DNA of 64,000 nucleotides from NCBI GenBank assembly GCA_951406725.2, contig OX597837.1:27528001-27592000 (forward strand). The letters are read 5' to 3'. Under the pieces are notes generated by a model. The model saw nothing but the letters and a program-made list of their open reading frames with translations. It made no database searches and had not been told where the DNA came from. The translations under genes were made by a program, and so were the position numbers. Each line of letters opens with the position of its first letter. Within the stretch, counting starts at the first letter, position 1. Source of the stretch: Octopus vulgaris. Lineage: Eukaryota. Below are positions 13,607 to 27,401 of the stretch, piece after piece.

Positions 13607-13723
13607 CAACATGCTGTGATTACAACTATTTTGTTTTGGGATGTGTTCTTGAAGCTGCATGCTTCCAGTGACGTGTATATTCATGTGTATATATATATAT
13701 ATATATATGTATGTATATATACA

Positions 13724-13765
<42 letters not shown>

Positions 13766-13792
13766 CGTATATACGTATATATATGTATATGT

Positions 13793-13855
<63 letters not shown>

Positions 13856-14068
13856 GTGCGTGGTGACAGTAAATTCGACGTTCTTGCCTGCTACCGTTCG
13901 TCCGGACAGGTCCTGATATAATAGGCTAAACTAGCCGAACCTTCGAAGTCACTGTCACCACTCGTTTTGTAAAACGTCTAAATAAATATGTACAGAATAA
14001 AAGTATTGAGTAATTCTTCAGTCTGAAGTAAAAATTGTTTTTTCTTTTCTTATAAGTCGCAATAAAAA

Positions 14069-14132
<64 letters not shown>

Positions 14133-14311
14133 TGCATACATACATGCATATATGTATATATACATACATACACATAACCTGCATAAACCTTATTGAAATA
14201 ACAGATATTCAAAAGAAAGTTGGGTTGGAAACGGGCCGCTAGGAGTATTGGAATACTCCACACATGTATTAAATTCTGTAATGCACACACACGAAAATAT
14301 ATGTATATATG

Positions 14312-14467
<156 letters not shown>

Positions 14468-14549
14468 GGTCCCGGGTTGAGTCGGGGTTAACCACAGTAA
14501 ATAAGGTACTCAATACATAGCAGAGTAAATTAATTTATTTTATAGAAGG

Positions 14550-14600
14550 AGCTTCTACAGGACTAGAACTGTTTCATTCAAAAGAAATCATCAGGAAGCT
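14550..14600 (-). ncRNA. Type I hammerhead ribozyme, canonical core
   Basis: Minus strand AGCTTC-CTGATGA-tTTC tttt GAAt-GAAA-CAG ttctagtc CTG-TA-GAAGCT; 6-bp stem I, GUA triplet, weak stem II. Confidence 0.8.
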
Positions 14601-14650
14601 TCCTGATGATTTCTTTTGAATGAAACAGTTCTAGTCCTGTAAACTCCTTC
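14597..14650 (+). ncRNA. Mirror-image hammerhead with damaged stem I 3' strand
   Basis: Same core on the plus strand (CTGATGA 14603-14609, GAAA 14622-14625), but GAAGCT is reduced to AACT. Confidence 0.6.
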
Positions 14651-14653
14651 TAT

Positions 14654-14711
<58 letters not shown>

Positions 14712-14856
14712 TATAAATATTTAAATGTATAAATATATAGATATATATATGCATTCACACATAAATGCATGTATGTATATATATAAGAATTTTTTGCGTA
14801 ATGAGATGAAAAAAAACCCAAGGCTGTGTAGATATTAGAACATTTATAGATAGACG

Positions 14857-14908
14857 GTCTTACAGCTGTTTCCAGGATATTTATAAATGATATCCCTTCA
14901 TCGGAGAC
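14857..14908 (-). ncRNA. Type I hammerhead ribozyme, core CCGAUGA
   Basis: Minus strand GTCT-CCGATGA-A-GGGATAT catttataa ATATCCT-G-GAAA-CAGCTG-TA-AGAC; palindromic ACAGCTGT stem III. Confidence 0.8.
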
Positions 14909-15092
14909 GGTGTGAGAGGATGGTTAAGTAATAGTTAATTTAGATGGGATACAAAATAGAGAGTGAGGTGGAGGAAAGAAAATAGATGCAAGATATGTAG
15001 GGATATTGAATTTATAGATCCATTTTTTTTTCAGGCAGAATGGTATATATGCAAGATTCCATATGTATATATATATATATATACATATATAT

Positions 15093-15378
15093 CTTTACTC
15101 TCTTTTACTTGTTTCAGTCATTTGACTGCGGCCATGCTGGAGCGCCGCCTTTAGTCGAGCAACTCGACCCCAGGACTTATTCTTTTGTAAGCCCAGTACT
15201 TATTCTATCGGTCTGTTTTGCCGAACCGCTAAGTGACGGGGACGTAAGCACACCAGCATCGGTTGTCAAGCAATGCTAGGAGGGACAAACACAGACACAC
15301 AAACACATACACGCACATTTATATATATATATATATATACATATATACGACGGGCTTCTTTCAGTTTTCGTCTACCAT
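15093..15378 (-). mobile_element. SINE family A, partial
   Basis: Matches the family A tail and body. Confidence 0.85.
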
Positions 15379-15564
15379 ATATATTTGTATCTGTATGCAT
15401 GAATATGTGTATATGTGTGTGTATATATATATATAAATATATCTATATATATATATATACGTATATATTTATATGCATTTGTGTGTGTGTGTCTTCGGAA
15501 GAGGCCATAATACTCAGCTGTTTACTTTTAGCTTAACATAAACTTTGTGGAGCTGACTAGGCAG

Positions 15565-15608
<44 letters not shown>

Positions 15609-16089
15609 GAGCAAGCAACACGGGTGCAACGTCGATGACAGCATTTGCTTCAGGACTCGTCGGGTTGTGTGTGTGTGGGATGGTCAGTAACTACTGCAGC
15701 TGATCACGGCGATAATGATGATGACGACGATGATGAAGATGAAGACGACAACGACGACGACGATGATGATGACGGCTGAATGGTGGCGGCAACAATGGCG
15801 GCGAGGACGTCGCCGTGATGATGGTGGTAGCATTATTGAAGGTTTGCATAGGGTGGCGGGAAGAGGTGACGCTGAAATTAAAGGAAACGAGGGAGGGAGG
15901 GAGAGAGGGAGGTGGGTGGAGGGAAAGAGGAGAACCTACACAATGCACTTACGTACATAAGTACCTTTTATTTTTTATATAACACATAATGGAGTATCCT
16001 GTTGTTGATGTTGTTGTCGGTGTTTGGCGGAAATGGCCGAGGAGGAGACGAAACTAAACACTGACAAATGCACAAAAGTTGTTATTGAA

Positions 16090-16302
16090 GGCACATAGTC
16101 ACATACATACACAGACACATACATACATACATGCATACATTCACACAAATATATACATGTGTATACATACCTACATACATACATGCATACATACATACAT
16201 ACATACATACTTACTTACATACATACATACATACATGCATACATACATACATACATACATACATACATACATACATACATACATACATACATACATACTT
16301 AC

Positions 16303-16333
<31 letters not shown>

Positions 16334-17109
16334 CATACATACATACATACATACATACATACATACATACATACATACATACATACATACATACATACAT
16401 ACATACATACATACATACATAGATACATACATACATAGATACATACATACATACATAGATACATACATACATACATACATACATACATACATACATACAT
16501 ACATACATACATACATACATACATACATACATACATACATACATAGATACATACATACATACATAGATACATACATACATACATACATACATACATACAT
16601 ACATACATACATACATACATACATACATACATACATACATACATACATACATAGATACATACATACATACATAGATACATAGGCATACATACATACATAC
16701 ATACATACATACATACATACATACATACATACATACATACATACATACATACATACATACATACATACATACATACATACATACATACATACATACATAC
16801 ATACATACATACATACATACATACATACATACATACATACATACATACATACATACATACATACATACATACATACATACATACATACATACATACATAC
16901 ATACATACATACATACATAGATACATACATACATGCATACATACATACATACATACATACATACATACATACATACATAGATACATACATACATACATAG
17001 ATACATACAGGCATACATACATACATACATACATACATACATACATACATACATACATACATACATACATAGATACATACATACATACAGGCATACATAC
17101 ATACATACA

Positions 17110-17143
<34 letters not shown>

Positions 17144-17149
17144 CATAGA

Positions 17150-17182
<33 letters not shown>

Positions 17183-17325
17183 GCATACATATATACATAC
17201 ATACATACATACATACATACATACAGGCATACATACATACATACATACATACATACAGGCATACATACATACATACATACATACATACATACATACATAC
17301 ATACATGCATACATACATACATGCA

Positions 17326-17356
<31 letters not shown>

Positions 17357-17760
17357 GTACATACATACATACATACACACATGCATACATACATATATAC
17401 ATGCATACATATATACATACATACACATACATACATATGCATACATACATGTATACATACATACATAGACACATACATACATACATATATACATACACAC
17501 ATACATACATACATACATACATACACACACATACACATACATGCATACATTCACACAAATATATACATATGTATACATACATACATACATACATACACAG
17601 ACACATGCATACATACATTCACACAAATATATACAGATGTATACATACATACATATATGCATACATATAAACACATACACATGCATACGTACATACACAA
17701 ACATATACATACACTCATGCGTACATACGTACATGGATGCATACATACGTACATACATAT
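16090..17760. repeat. ~1.7-kb (TACA)n microsatellite
   Basis: Direct inspection. Confidence 0.98.
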
Positions 17761-17767
17761 TAACATA

Positions 17768-18095
17768 TACTCTTTTACTCTTTTACTTGTTTCAGTCATT
17801 TGACTGTGGCCATGCTGGAGCACCACCTTTAGTCGAGCAAATCGACTCCAGGACTTATTCTTTGTAAGCCTAGTATTTATTCTATCGGTCTTTTGTTGAA
17901 CCGCTAAGTTACAGGGACGTAAACACACCATATGAATATATACGACGGGCTTCTTTCAGTTTCCGTCTACCAAAACCATACACAAGGCTTTGGTCGGCCC
18001 GAGGCTATAGTAGAAGACATTTGCCCAAGGTGCTACGCAGTAGGACTGAACCCGGAACTATGTGTTTGGTAAGCAAGCTACTTACCACACAGCAA
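17768..18095 (-). mobile_element. SINE family A copy with internal deletion
   Basis: Matches family A. Confidence 0.85.
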
Positions 18096-18123
18096 CTCAA
18101 AATAAGAAACGGTAATAGTGGAT

Positions 18124-18195
18124 TCCTGTGACCAGGATTCGAACCTGGGCTACTACGGCCACAACGTGGGGTCCCAACCACCAGACGATCACGGC
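18124..18195 (-). tRNA. tRNA-His: tRNA-His(GTG), mutated, probable pseudogene
   Basis: Minus strand GCCGTGATCGTCTGGTGGTTGGGACCCCACGTT-GTG-GCCGTAGTAGCCCAGGTTCGAATCCTGGTCACAGGA; typical animal tRNA-His start and T-arm, but A14G and mismatches in the anticodon and acceptor stems. Confidence 0.85.
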
Positions 18196-18533
18196 CACAC
18201 ATATATGCATACATATATAAATATATATGCATGCACGCCAACATACATACATACATACATACATACATACATACATACATACATACATACATACAAACCT
18301 ACATACATACATACATACATACATACATACATACATACATACATACATACATACATACATACATACATAGACACAGAGTACAGGCATCGCTGTGTGGTTA
18401 AGAACTTCTCTACACAACAAAAATTTTCCCAGATTCAGCCCCTCAACGCAGTACTTGAGCGAATAACTTTTACGATATTCTCAACTTAAAGTAGAAAATT
18501 TAGTAGACAGAAATTGCGCAGTAGCCCGTTGTT

Positions 18534-18585
<52 letters not shown>

Positions 18586-20465
18586 TGTATGTATGTATGT
18601 ATGTATGTATGTATGTATATATTCATATTTTTTAAAGTGGCTTCTCCCCACCAGATACTAAATTTAAAACACAGTTCGTCACTGTCACCCACAATAGTTA
18701 CTTCTGTTATCAATTCAACAATCAAGTTGTATTACGTACTAGCTTAGAAGCCACACTCCGTGCAGACTTCTAAGCTGGCTCCTGTGGAGGGCTAACTGGG
18801 CGTGTGGCCCAAAACTATAGAGAGATAAGCAGTATGACTATGATATGTCTGTAATGACAATATGCCTCGGTGGTGTTTGATCAGATGTTAAGGACATCTG
18901 TAATGTAATTTTGTAATTCAATCGTTCTATTACTCCAAGTCCCAAGTTGAATTCCAACTGTTGGTCAATTTGTCCCGAAGTTCTTGTCTAGTAAAATTAA
19001 CGAGGCGAATATCATTTATTTCCCCCTTGATCCCTGATATCGTCTGAGAAACGCCAACCAAGATGGCGTGAATCAGCTAATCATCATTGTTCGACCGTGG
19101 TCGAGACAATGGAATTTACCATGGTACGCCAGACTTCACGGTCCATCATGGCATTACGGAGGTCCTGTTGCTAAGCTTTACATGTTAGAATAAGCAACCC
19201 AAATGCTTTTAAATCCGATTCCAATGCTGGATATTCAAGAACCAAATGAAGGGCAGATTTTCAATCCGGAGATATTCCTGATTCCAAAAAAGTACAATAT
19301 GTCGATGTAGACTGAAATGCAGGGATCTCAGGTGGACAGACAGAATTTCGTTTTTATTATTATAGATAATGAATACACTTCTCTGAGGATTTGACGGTAC
19401 ACTTTTGATTATGTAATTTACATTACATAACTAATAATCATTTTGTTTATGAAACGTTTATAAGATGGTGTAACCAAATATCTTGTTCTCGTAAACATAT
19501 GAGTGTGTCTGTGTACACACTCACTATGGGACTCCATATATCATTACTGTTTCCAATGGCCCCATCGGCTACTACTGTCTAACATCTGTACTTTAAAACT
19601 TCATTGCCACTCCTCGAATTTACACGCAGTTTGTGACATCATGGAATGATGGAGTTTATGAAAGGCTTTCACAAAGTCGCGATATATCACATCCACATTC
19701 ATGTGGTTGAAGAACTATTTTGATACCCAGTCAAAATGTTGCGGGATCTGTGTCAGGCAGTTTCTCTCTAGTTAAAAACCATGTTGGGTGTGAGTGGGCA
19801 AGTCATTTTCTTCCAGGAATGTGATTAGATTCCTTCTGACAATTTGTTCCATCACTTTGCTGGTATGTGAAGTCAGAGAGGTAGGTCTGTAATTTTTAAC
19901 ATCTGTTCTGCTTCCGCCTTTATTAATAAAATAAATCACGCCTTCATTGAACTTACTTGGTGGCTTACCAGTTGCAAGGAATCTCTGAAGGAGAGACTGC
20001 AGTTGTTGTACTCAGACCCGTTTACACGATCTTAGAATGATTGCTGAGAATCCATCAGAGCTAGAAGCTTATTTCATCTATGATCAGAGTCACATTTTTT
20101 ATGTCAACGTAATCAATCATTGCCGCTTCTCCATGTGCAGCTGCAGGAACAAAGGCTCAACTGGTTTGTTCACTTATATGTGCCACAGAAGGGAAGAGAA
20201 AAAAACCCCTTTGAATTGCTCATTGAGTATTTCACTTACCCTTTTGGGTATTGGCAATCAGGAAGATATTTTCTTGGAAGAGTGGTCCTACCTTGCAATG
20301 CGCATAGGTTGTTTCTTTAGCAAATTTAAAGAAAGCTTTAGAGTTTGGTTTTATATTTTCCAAGGGAGTATTGCAGAGTTTATTCAATCTCCAGCAATGT
20401 CCGATGTCCGTTTTAGACGGGATTTTTGTTGTGCTTTGGTGGTTTGCTGTCTTCGTTCTTCATTT

Positions 20466-21010
20466 TATACTCTTTACTCTTTTACTTGTTTCAGTCATTT
20501 GACTGCGGCCATGCTGGAGCACAACCTTTTTAGTCGAGGAAATCGACCCCAGAACTTATTCTTTGTAAGCTTAGCACTTATTCTATCGGTCTGTTTTGCC
20601 TAAACGCTAAGTTACGGGGACGTAAACACACCAGCATCGGTTGTCAAGCAATGCTAGGGGGACAAACACAGACACACAAACACATATACATATATATACA
20701 TACATATATACGACAAGCTTCTTTCAGTTTCCGTCTACCAAATCCACTCACAAGGCATTGGTCGGCCCGGGGCTATAGCAGAAGACACTTGCCCAAGATG
20801 CCACGCAGTGGACTGAACCCGGAACCATGTGGTTGGTTAGCAAGCTACTTACCACACAGCCGTTTCCGTCTACCAAATCCACTCACAAGGCTTTGGTCGG
20901 CCCGAGGCTATAGTAGAAGACACTTGCCCAAGGTGCCACGCAGTGGGACTGAACCCGGAACCATGTAGTTCGTAAGCAAGAACTTACCACAGCGCCCCTC
21001 CTGCGCCTAT
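20466..21010 (-). mobile_element. SINE family A with duplicated head segment
   Basis: GTTTCCGTCTACCAAATCC...CTTACCACA occurs twice (~20727 and ~20862). Confidence 0.9.
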
Positions 21011-21326
21011 GAAAACTTTCCTTTCCTTGGGAATTTTGTTAATGTACAAATTGGCTTTTCTCACTGAGACACGTTTTAATGCATAATGCTCACATTACTG
21101 ACAAGAATTATTGAAGTCTGATGTCAGTGTCATATGCGCAGAGATATTTCTGCCAGTTCTGTTTCAAGATTTCTTTCTGTATTAATTTCCACTTTGCTTT
21201 GTGTAAGGTCAGATGGAAAGAGTGTAAGTGTTTGTCATAGACACTGCATGTCTGCGGCTTCTTTTGGCCCATACGCGGTCAGTTCTACTATGTTGCGATC
21301 CGAGACTAATGTCAAGGTCACTATTA

Positions 21327-21939
21327 TGAGGAGGTACTGAAAAGTTCCTGGCTTTAAGGGTATCACGAAAGGCCTCGTTGGAGGCCCAAACTTCTGAGTT
21401 CTTTTACAGGGTTTACAAAAACTGAAGGACCGCTGCAATAAGTGTGAGAATCTGTTCTATTCTTGGCACAAGGCCCAAAATTTTTTGTGAGTGGGCCAGT
21501 CGATTAGATCGACCCCAGTACACAACTGGTACTTAATTTATCGCCCCCGATAAATTTATCGACCTGGGCGAAATTTGAACTCAGAACGTAAAGACAGACG
21601 AAATACCTATTTCTTTACTACCAACAAAGGGCTAAACACAGAAGGGACAAAGAAGGACAGACAAAAGGATTAAGTCGATTATATCGACCCCAGTGCGTAA
21701 CTGGTACTTAATTTATCGACCCCGAAAGGACGAAAAGCAAAGTCGACCTGGGTGAAATTTGAACTCAGAACATGAAGACAGACGAAATACTGCTAAGCAT
21801 TTCGCACGGTGTGCTAACATTTCTGCTAGCTCAGTGTGAGACTCTGAGAGGGGAATATGTTTTATAAAATCATAATTAACCGATCCTCCAGTATTTTTTT
21901 TTTTTACCCAAAAGCCAGGAACGTTTCAACATCCCCTCG
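21327..21939. mobile_element. Tc1/mariner-type MITE containing a SINE B insertion
   Basis: TIRs ta|TGAGGAGGTACTGAAAAGTTCCTGGCTTT and AAAGCCAGGAACGTTTCAACATCCCCTCG; inner SINE B (21455-21832, minus) flanked by AGTGTGAGA(A/C)TCTG. Confidence 0.8.
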
Positions 21940-22205
21940 CATATTATGGAATGAGTTCTATGTTACTTGTGAACCAAAGGTCTAGGATATTGTTTGCTTT
22001 TGTAAAATGGAGCACTGCTAGCGGCATAAATGACGTGTTGGTTAGGTTGAGCAGACATACTGCTTATTTCTCTGCGCGTCAACTTTTTCGAGAGAGGTGG
22101 CTTTCGGGCAATCTGGCATTGGGTAGGGTTGAAGTCTCCCATAAGAAGTACACCGTACATTCAACGCCAATACCTTCACCCCCACCCCTCTCTCTCTCTC
22201 TTCAT

Positions 22206-22578
22206 ATAGGCGCAGGAGTGGCTGTGTGGTAAGTAGCTTGCTAACCAACCACATGGTTCGGGTTCAGTCCCACTGCCGACCAAAGCCTTGTGAGTGGATT
22301 TGGTAGACGGAAACTGAAAGAAGCCTGTGGTATATATGTATGTGTATATATATATATATATGTGTGTATGTGTTTGTGTGTCTGTGTTTGTCCCCCTAGC
22401 ATTGCTTGACAACCGATGCTGGTGTGTTTACGTTCCCGTCACTTAGCGGTTCGACAAAAGAGACCGATAGAATAAGTACTGGGCTTACAAAGAATAAGTC
22501 CCAGGGTCGATTTGCTCGACTAAAGGCGGTGCTCCAGCATGGCCGCAGTCAAATGACTGAAACAAGTAAAAGAGTAAA
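22206..22578 (+). mobile_element. SINE family A copy
   Basis: Matches family A. Confidence 0.9.
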
Positions 22579-22945
22579 CTGCAGAACGGGGGCGTCACTG
22601 CATGGTACCGGAGATTCCAACATCGTCATCAAGATACAGGACAAGAAACCGCAACAGCTTGTGTTTCAAGGGTCCACAACTCTTCAATGTCTTCCCCCAA
22701 AAGCCTGAGAGATCTACATGGGGTGGATGTAGGTATCTTCAAAACGAAACTGGGTCTCCTCCTGACAAACATTCCGGATGAGCCTACTTCGCAACAGGAA
22801 ACACAAACAAGAGCAGCAGCGTCAAAATCCCTCATTCACCAAATGCCACACATATCAGAGGAAGTCTCAAGTAGTGAAGGTGTAGCCAAGTTAATGGCGA
22901 TGCCCAAGCATGGCCGCAGCTCTCGAACTGGCACTAGTTAAAAAG
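22579..22945 (+). mobile_element. CR1-group LINE 3' fragment
   Basis: PKSLRDLHGVDVGIFKTKLGLLLTNIPDEP is homologous to 23449-23679; tail CAAGCATGGCCGCAGCTCTC. Confidence 0.8.
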
Positions 22946-23036
22946 TGGTGTATTGTTCCACCTATATTAGTACTTCTATTTTTGTGAGGTAGTCTTCAAA
23001 CATATCCATATAATTTGGAGCATCTAATTGGTGATA

Positions 23037-23158
23037 TGTGGAGGCACATGGCCTAGTGGTTAGAGTAGCGGACTCGCGGTCGAGGGACCGCGGGTTCGAA
23101 TCTCAGACCGGACGATGTGTGTGTTTATGAGCGAAAAGACTTAAGCTCCACGCGGCTA
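23037..23158 (+). mobile_element. SINE family C-like head
   Basis: GTGGAGGCACATGGCCTAGTGG...GGTTCGAATC; matches 61120-61240 (minus). Confidence 0.75.
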
Positions 23159-23224
23159 ATACACCTGGTTGTTGTTCCTTCACCTGTCTTCACCCTTTAT
23201 TTTCTGTAAATTTGAACTATATTG

Positions 23225-23295
<71 letters not shown>

Positions 23296-23296
<1 letters not shown>

Positions 23297-23832
23297 TCTC
23301 TAGTTTCAGCTCAGAGCTGTGGCCATGCTGATGCACCGCCGTTTTGCTACACTGTTATTACTAAGAGCCACCTCTAATATGTGGCAATGGGTAAAGCATG
23401 GAGTTTGATATAGCTACCCTCATTTGCACCTCTTGTCGTGAGGTAGGTTCATCTGGGACTCGATAGGAAGGGGTCCAGCATTGATTTAAAAACCCCTACA
23501 TCTACTTTGTGCAAGTTCCTCAAACTCTTTGGGAGAATATTAAAAAGCGGTGGGCCCTTGAAACCCAGGCTGTTGCAGTAACTGGTCCTGCAGCGTGATG
23601 GCTTTGCTGGGATCTTTGGCACTATGCAGTGTCGTCCCGTACTGGCAGTGGTGTAGGTTTCAATGCCAAAATTTGGCACAATTCCACCAGGATCTTACAG
23701 ATATATATTACTGCATACCTCTCCCGTCTTCTCTCCAGGGAGTAGAGTCTTAACTGTTTCAACCTTTCCCAGTTGCTGAGCTGTTGCAAAGAGACGATCT
23801 TCTTTGTGAATCTTCTCTGGATTGCTTCAATA
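23296..23832 (-). mobile_element. CR1-group LINE 3' fragment (ORF2 C-terminus and 3' UTR)
   Basis: IEAIQRRFTKKI...WERLKQLRLYSLERRRER motif, then GPPLFNILPKSLRNLH. Confidence 0.9.
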
Positions 23833-24180
23833 TATATGTATGTATGTATGAATGTATATACACGCTCGTAAATAGTCTGTGTATAAAAGCAGAGTTGCAT
23901 GACTATAGGGCAATATACTGCTGCAACCACAGCATTATTCCCACAAGAATCGTTGGAGTACACACACACGCAGTTCAGTGCCCTAGAGCTATAGAGATAG
24001 TTTTTTTTATTTTCAACTGTCCTTTACGTCGCGACAAGATATTTTTTCCCACAACGCAACGGTTCATGTTGCTCCTTGTTTCGAGATATTCAGATGGGAC
24101 CCACCATTTTGTACAAACACTCGTTAGTCTATGTGCGCGTGTGATATGAGGTGGTGGGTGGGTGTATGGGTATATAAATA

Positions 24181-24224
<44 letters not shown>

Positions 24225-24564
24225 TATGTATATATGTAATTCTCTATATGTGTGTATGTACATGTATGTATGTATATATTCATACACATACAGATACACA
24301 TATACGTACTTGTATGCCTATATATATATATATGGACATGTATATATACATACCTACATATATACTTATACATAGATATATATACATACATAGATACATA
24401 CATATATACATATGTATATATGTATACACGCACACACACATGTATTAGGGTGTATATATGTATGTCTATATCTGTATATATTTAAATGTGCTTATTTGGG
24501 TTTGTGGGAGTGTGCAAGGAAGATAGATAAATTTGAGGAAGTCATTGTATATATACTTGCATGT

Positions 24565-24626
<62 letters not shown>

Positions 24627-25123
24627 TTTTATATATATATACTTATACATATATACATACATAGATATCTACATACATTCATACATACATACATACATAC
24701 ATATATACATACATTGATACATACATACATATATACATAGATACATACATACGTACATATATACATACATATATGCATACATTCATACATACATACATAC
24801 ATACATACATACATACATACATACATACATACATACATACATACGTACACACACACATACATACATACATACATACATACATACATACATACATACATAC
24901 ATACACACATACACACATTCATATATTTCATTTCTGTGCCTCAGTCTCTGAAGAAAGGGCAGAGGCCATAGTTTTTCTCAGAGTCTCTGATGTCTGAAAG
25001 AGGTGGGTGGATTGGAATGGAACTATCCCCACCCCCAGCTAACTGCTTCCGATGCTTGCATCAGAGTAATGCGATAGCCAGGGGCCTGATTGAGAGGTGG
25101 GGGTTAAGTCAGACGCTCGATGG

Positions 25124-25173
<50 letters not shown>

Positions 25174-25499
25174 TGCTCGTAATGATGAATTCCTGGCAAT
25201 TATTGTCTTGTATTACTGCTGATGGTCAGTTTTTTATGAAATACAGTTCTATAAGTAAAGCGTTCCGTACATGAACGTCACGTCTTATTTTTAGACGATG
25301 TGTTCAGAAGTGCGTTAGTTAAAGTGTCTTTCGTTTATTTTTTTAATGTTTCTTTTTTTAAAGACGGTAAGGAGTGGTTTGGAGGAAATTAGAATGGTAT
25401 TTTTAACAGGTTAAGAAACCACATTAGGAAGAGAGTGGGGGAGGAGAGAGAGAAGAGGAAAAGAGAGAGAGAACGAAATACGAATGTACTTATGTATGA

Positions 25500-25551
<52 letters not shown>

Positions 25552-25717
25552 TGCACATATATACACATTATATATATATATATATTATATGTATACATGT
25601 ATATAAGTATATATGTATATATATTATATACACATATACACACACGTATGTATATGCATTGGTATGGGAGAGAGAAAGAAGGTCAATAGAAAACAACTTG
25701 TAAGGTTCAAGAAGGGG

Positions 25718-25765
25718 GATGATGGTGGAGATGATGACGACGACAACGATGATGAAGATGATGAA

Positions 25766-25811
<46 letters not shown>

Positions 25812-25890
25812 CTGTTGATGATGATGATGATGACGACGACAACGATGATGAAGATGATGAAGATGATGATGATGATGATGATGATGCTAT

Positions 25891-25924
<34 letters not shown>

Positions 25925-25984
25925 GATGATGATGATGATGAAGATGATGATGATGATGATGAAGATGATGATGATGATGATGAA

Positions 25985-26042
<58 letters not shown>

Positions 26043-26049
26043 CTGATGC

Positions 26050-26126
<77 letters not shown>

Positions 26127-26500
26127 GCGACGAAGACGACGACGACGACAACGATGACGATGACGATACTGGAGAATATAAGGGTTGTGCTGATTGTGAT
26201 GGTTGTAGTGAGAGGGGAAACGATGATGGAGGAGGTAATGATGACAAGAGTGGTGATGATGATGATGATGATGGTGACAACGATGACGTCGACAATGATG
26301 ATGTGCTAAAGACTAAAAATCTAATAATAGTAGTAGTAGTAGTAGCAGTAGTAGAAATAGTAGTAGCAGCAGCAGCAGTAGTAGTGTTAGTAGTAGTAGT
26401 AGTAGTTGTAGTGGTAGTTATGTAGTTATAGCGGTGATAGTAGAGGTAGTGGTAGTGGTGGTGGTGGTGGTGGTGGTGGTGATGTTGGTGGTGATGTTGG
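25718..26500. repeat. (GAT)n, (GTA)n and (GGT)n microsatellites
   Basis: Direct inspection. Confidence 0.95.
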
Positions 26501-26638
26501 TGGCGTTATTAGTAAATGTAATAAAGTGGACAATTTAGAGGGATTGGTCAAAAACAAAATAAAAATAAAAAATAATTCAAAACGGAAATAAACAAAGCAT
26601 ATTTGTGCTCTCTCCCCTCCTCTCCCCCTCTTTCATAC

Positions 26639-26678
<40 letters not shown>

Positions 26679-26693
26679 CAGACACACGCAGCA

Positions 26694-27077
<384 letters not shown>

Positions 27078-27359
27078 CAGACTGCTATCAAACCAGCCCA
27101 CACACACTCAGATATTTGTATAATAAGGAGCCGAAAAAAGAAGGGCAAGAGTTATGTGAAAGGAAAAGATTATGGAACCGAGAATTTATGGAGGAAATTG
27201 AGAGTAAAGTGTTGGTGGTGGCGGTGGCGGTGGTGGTGGTGTTGGGGGTGAATGGGTGAGGCGGGGGTGTCATGAACAGTGTCGTTGTTGTTGTTGTTGT
27301 TGTTGATTTTGTTTTCGAGCGACCTTGATGGTGTTCGGCTTTCAAGAGATTGCCTTATT

Positions 27360-27361
27360 GC

Positions 27362-27401
<40 letters not shown>

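Larger units (their letters stand above)
18740..22175 (-). mobile_element. Decayed CR1/L2-group LINE ORF2 (AP endonuclease plus RT), interrupted by SINEs and a MITE
   Basis: Minus-strand motifs in the correct order: LLMGDFN (~22140), SDRNIVEL (~21300), NYRPTSLTSHTSKVME (~19870), QHGF (~19780), NVDVIYRDFVKAF (~19680); many stops and frameshifts. Confidence 0.85.

Noticed and set aside
16211-17758. 515-aa ORF and similar MYVC/YIHT/IYIY ORFs throughout the window
   Set aside because: Read-through of stop-free (TACA)n and (TA)n microsatellites
19331-19367. Helitron-like 5' end on the minus strand (TCTATAATAATAAAA...)
   Set aside because: No matching 3' hairpin or CTAG end identified
25613-26425. 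Poly-Asp/Met/Ser ORFs (also 29713-30339 and 33767-34364)
   Set aside because: (GAT)n microsatellite, open in several frames and on both strands
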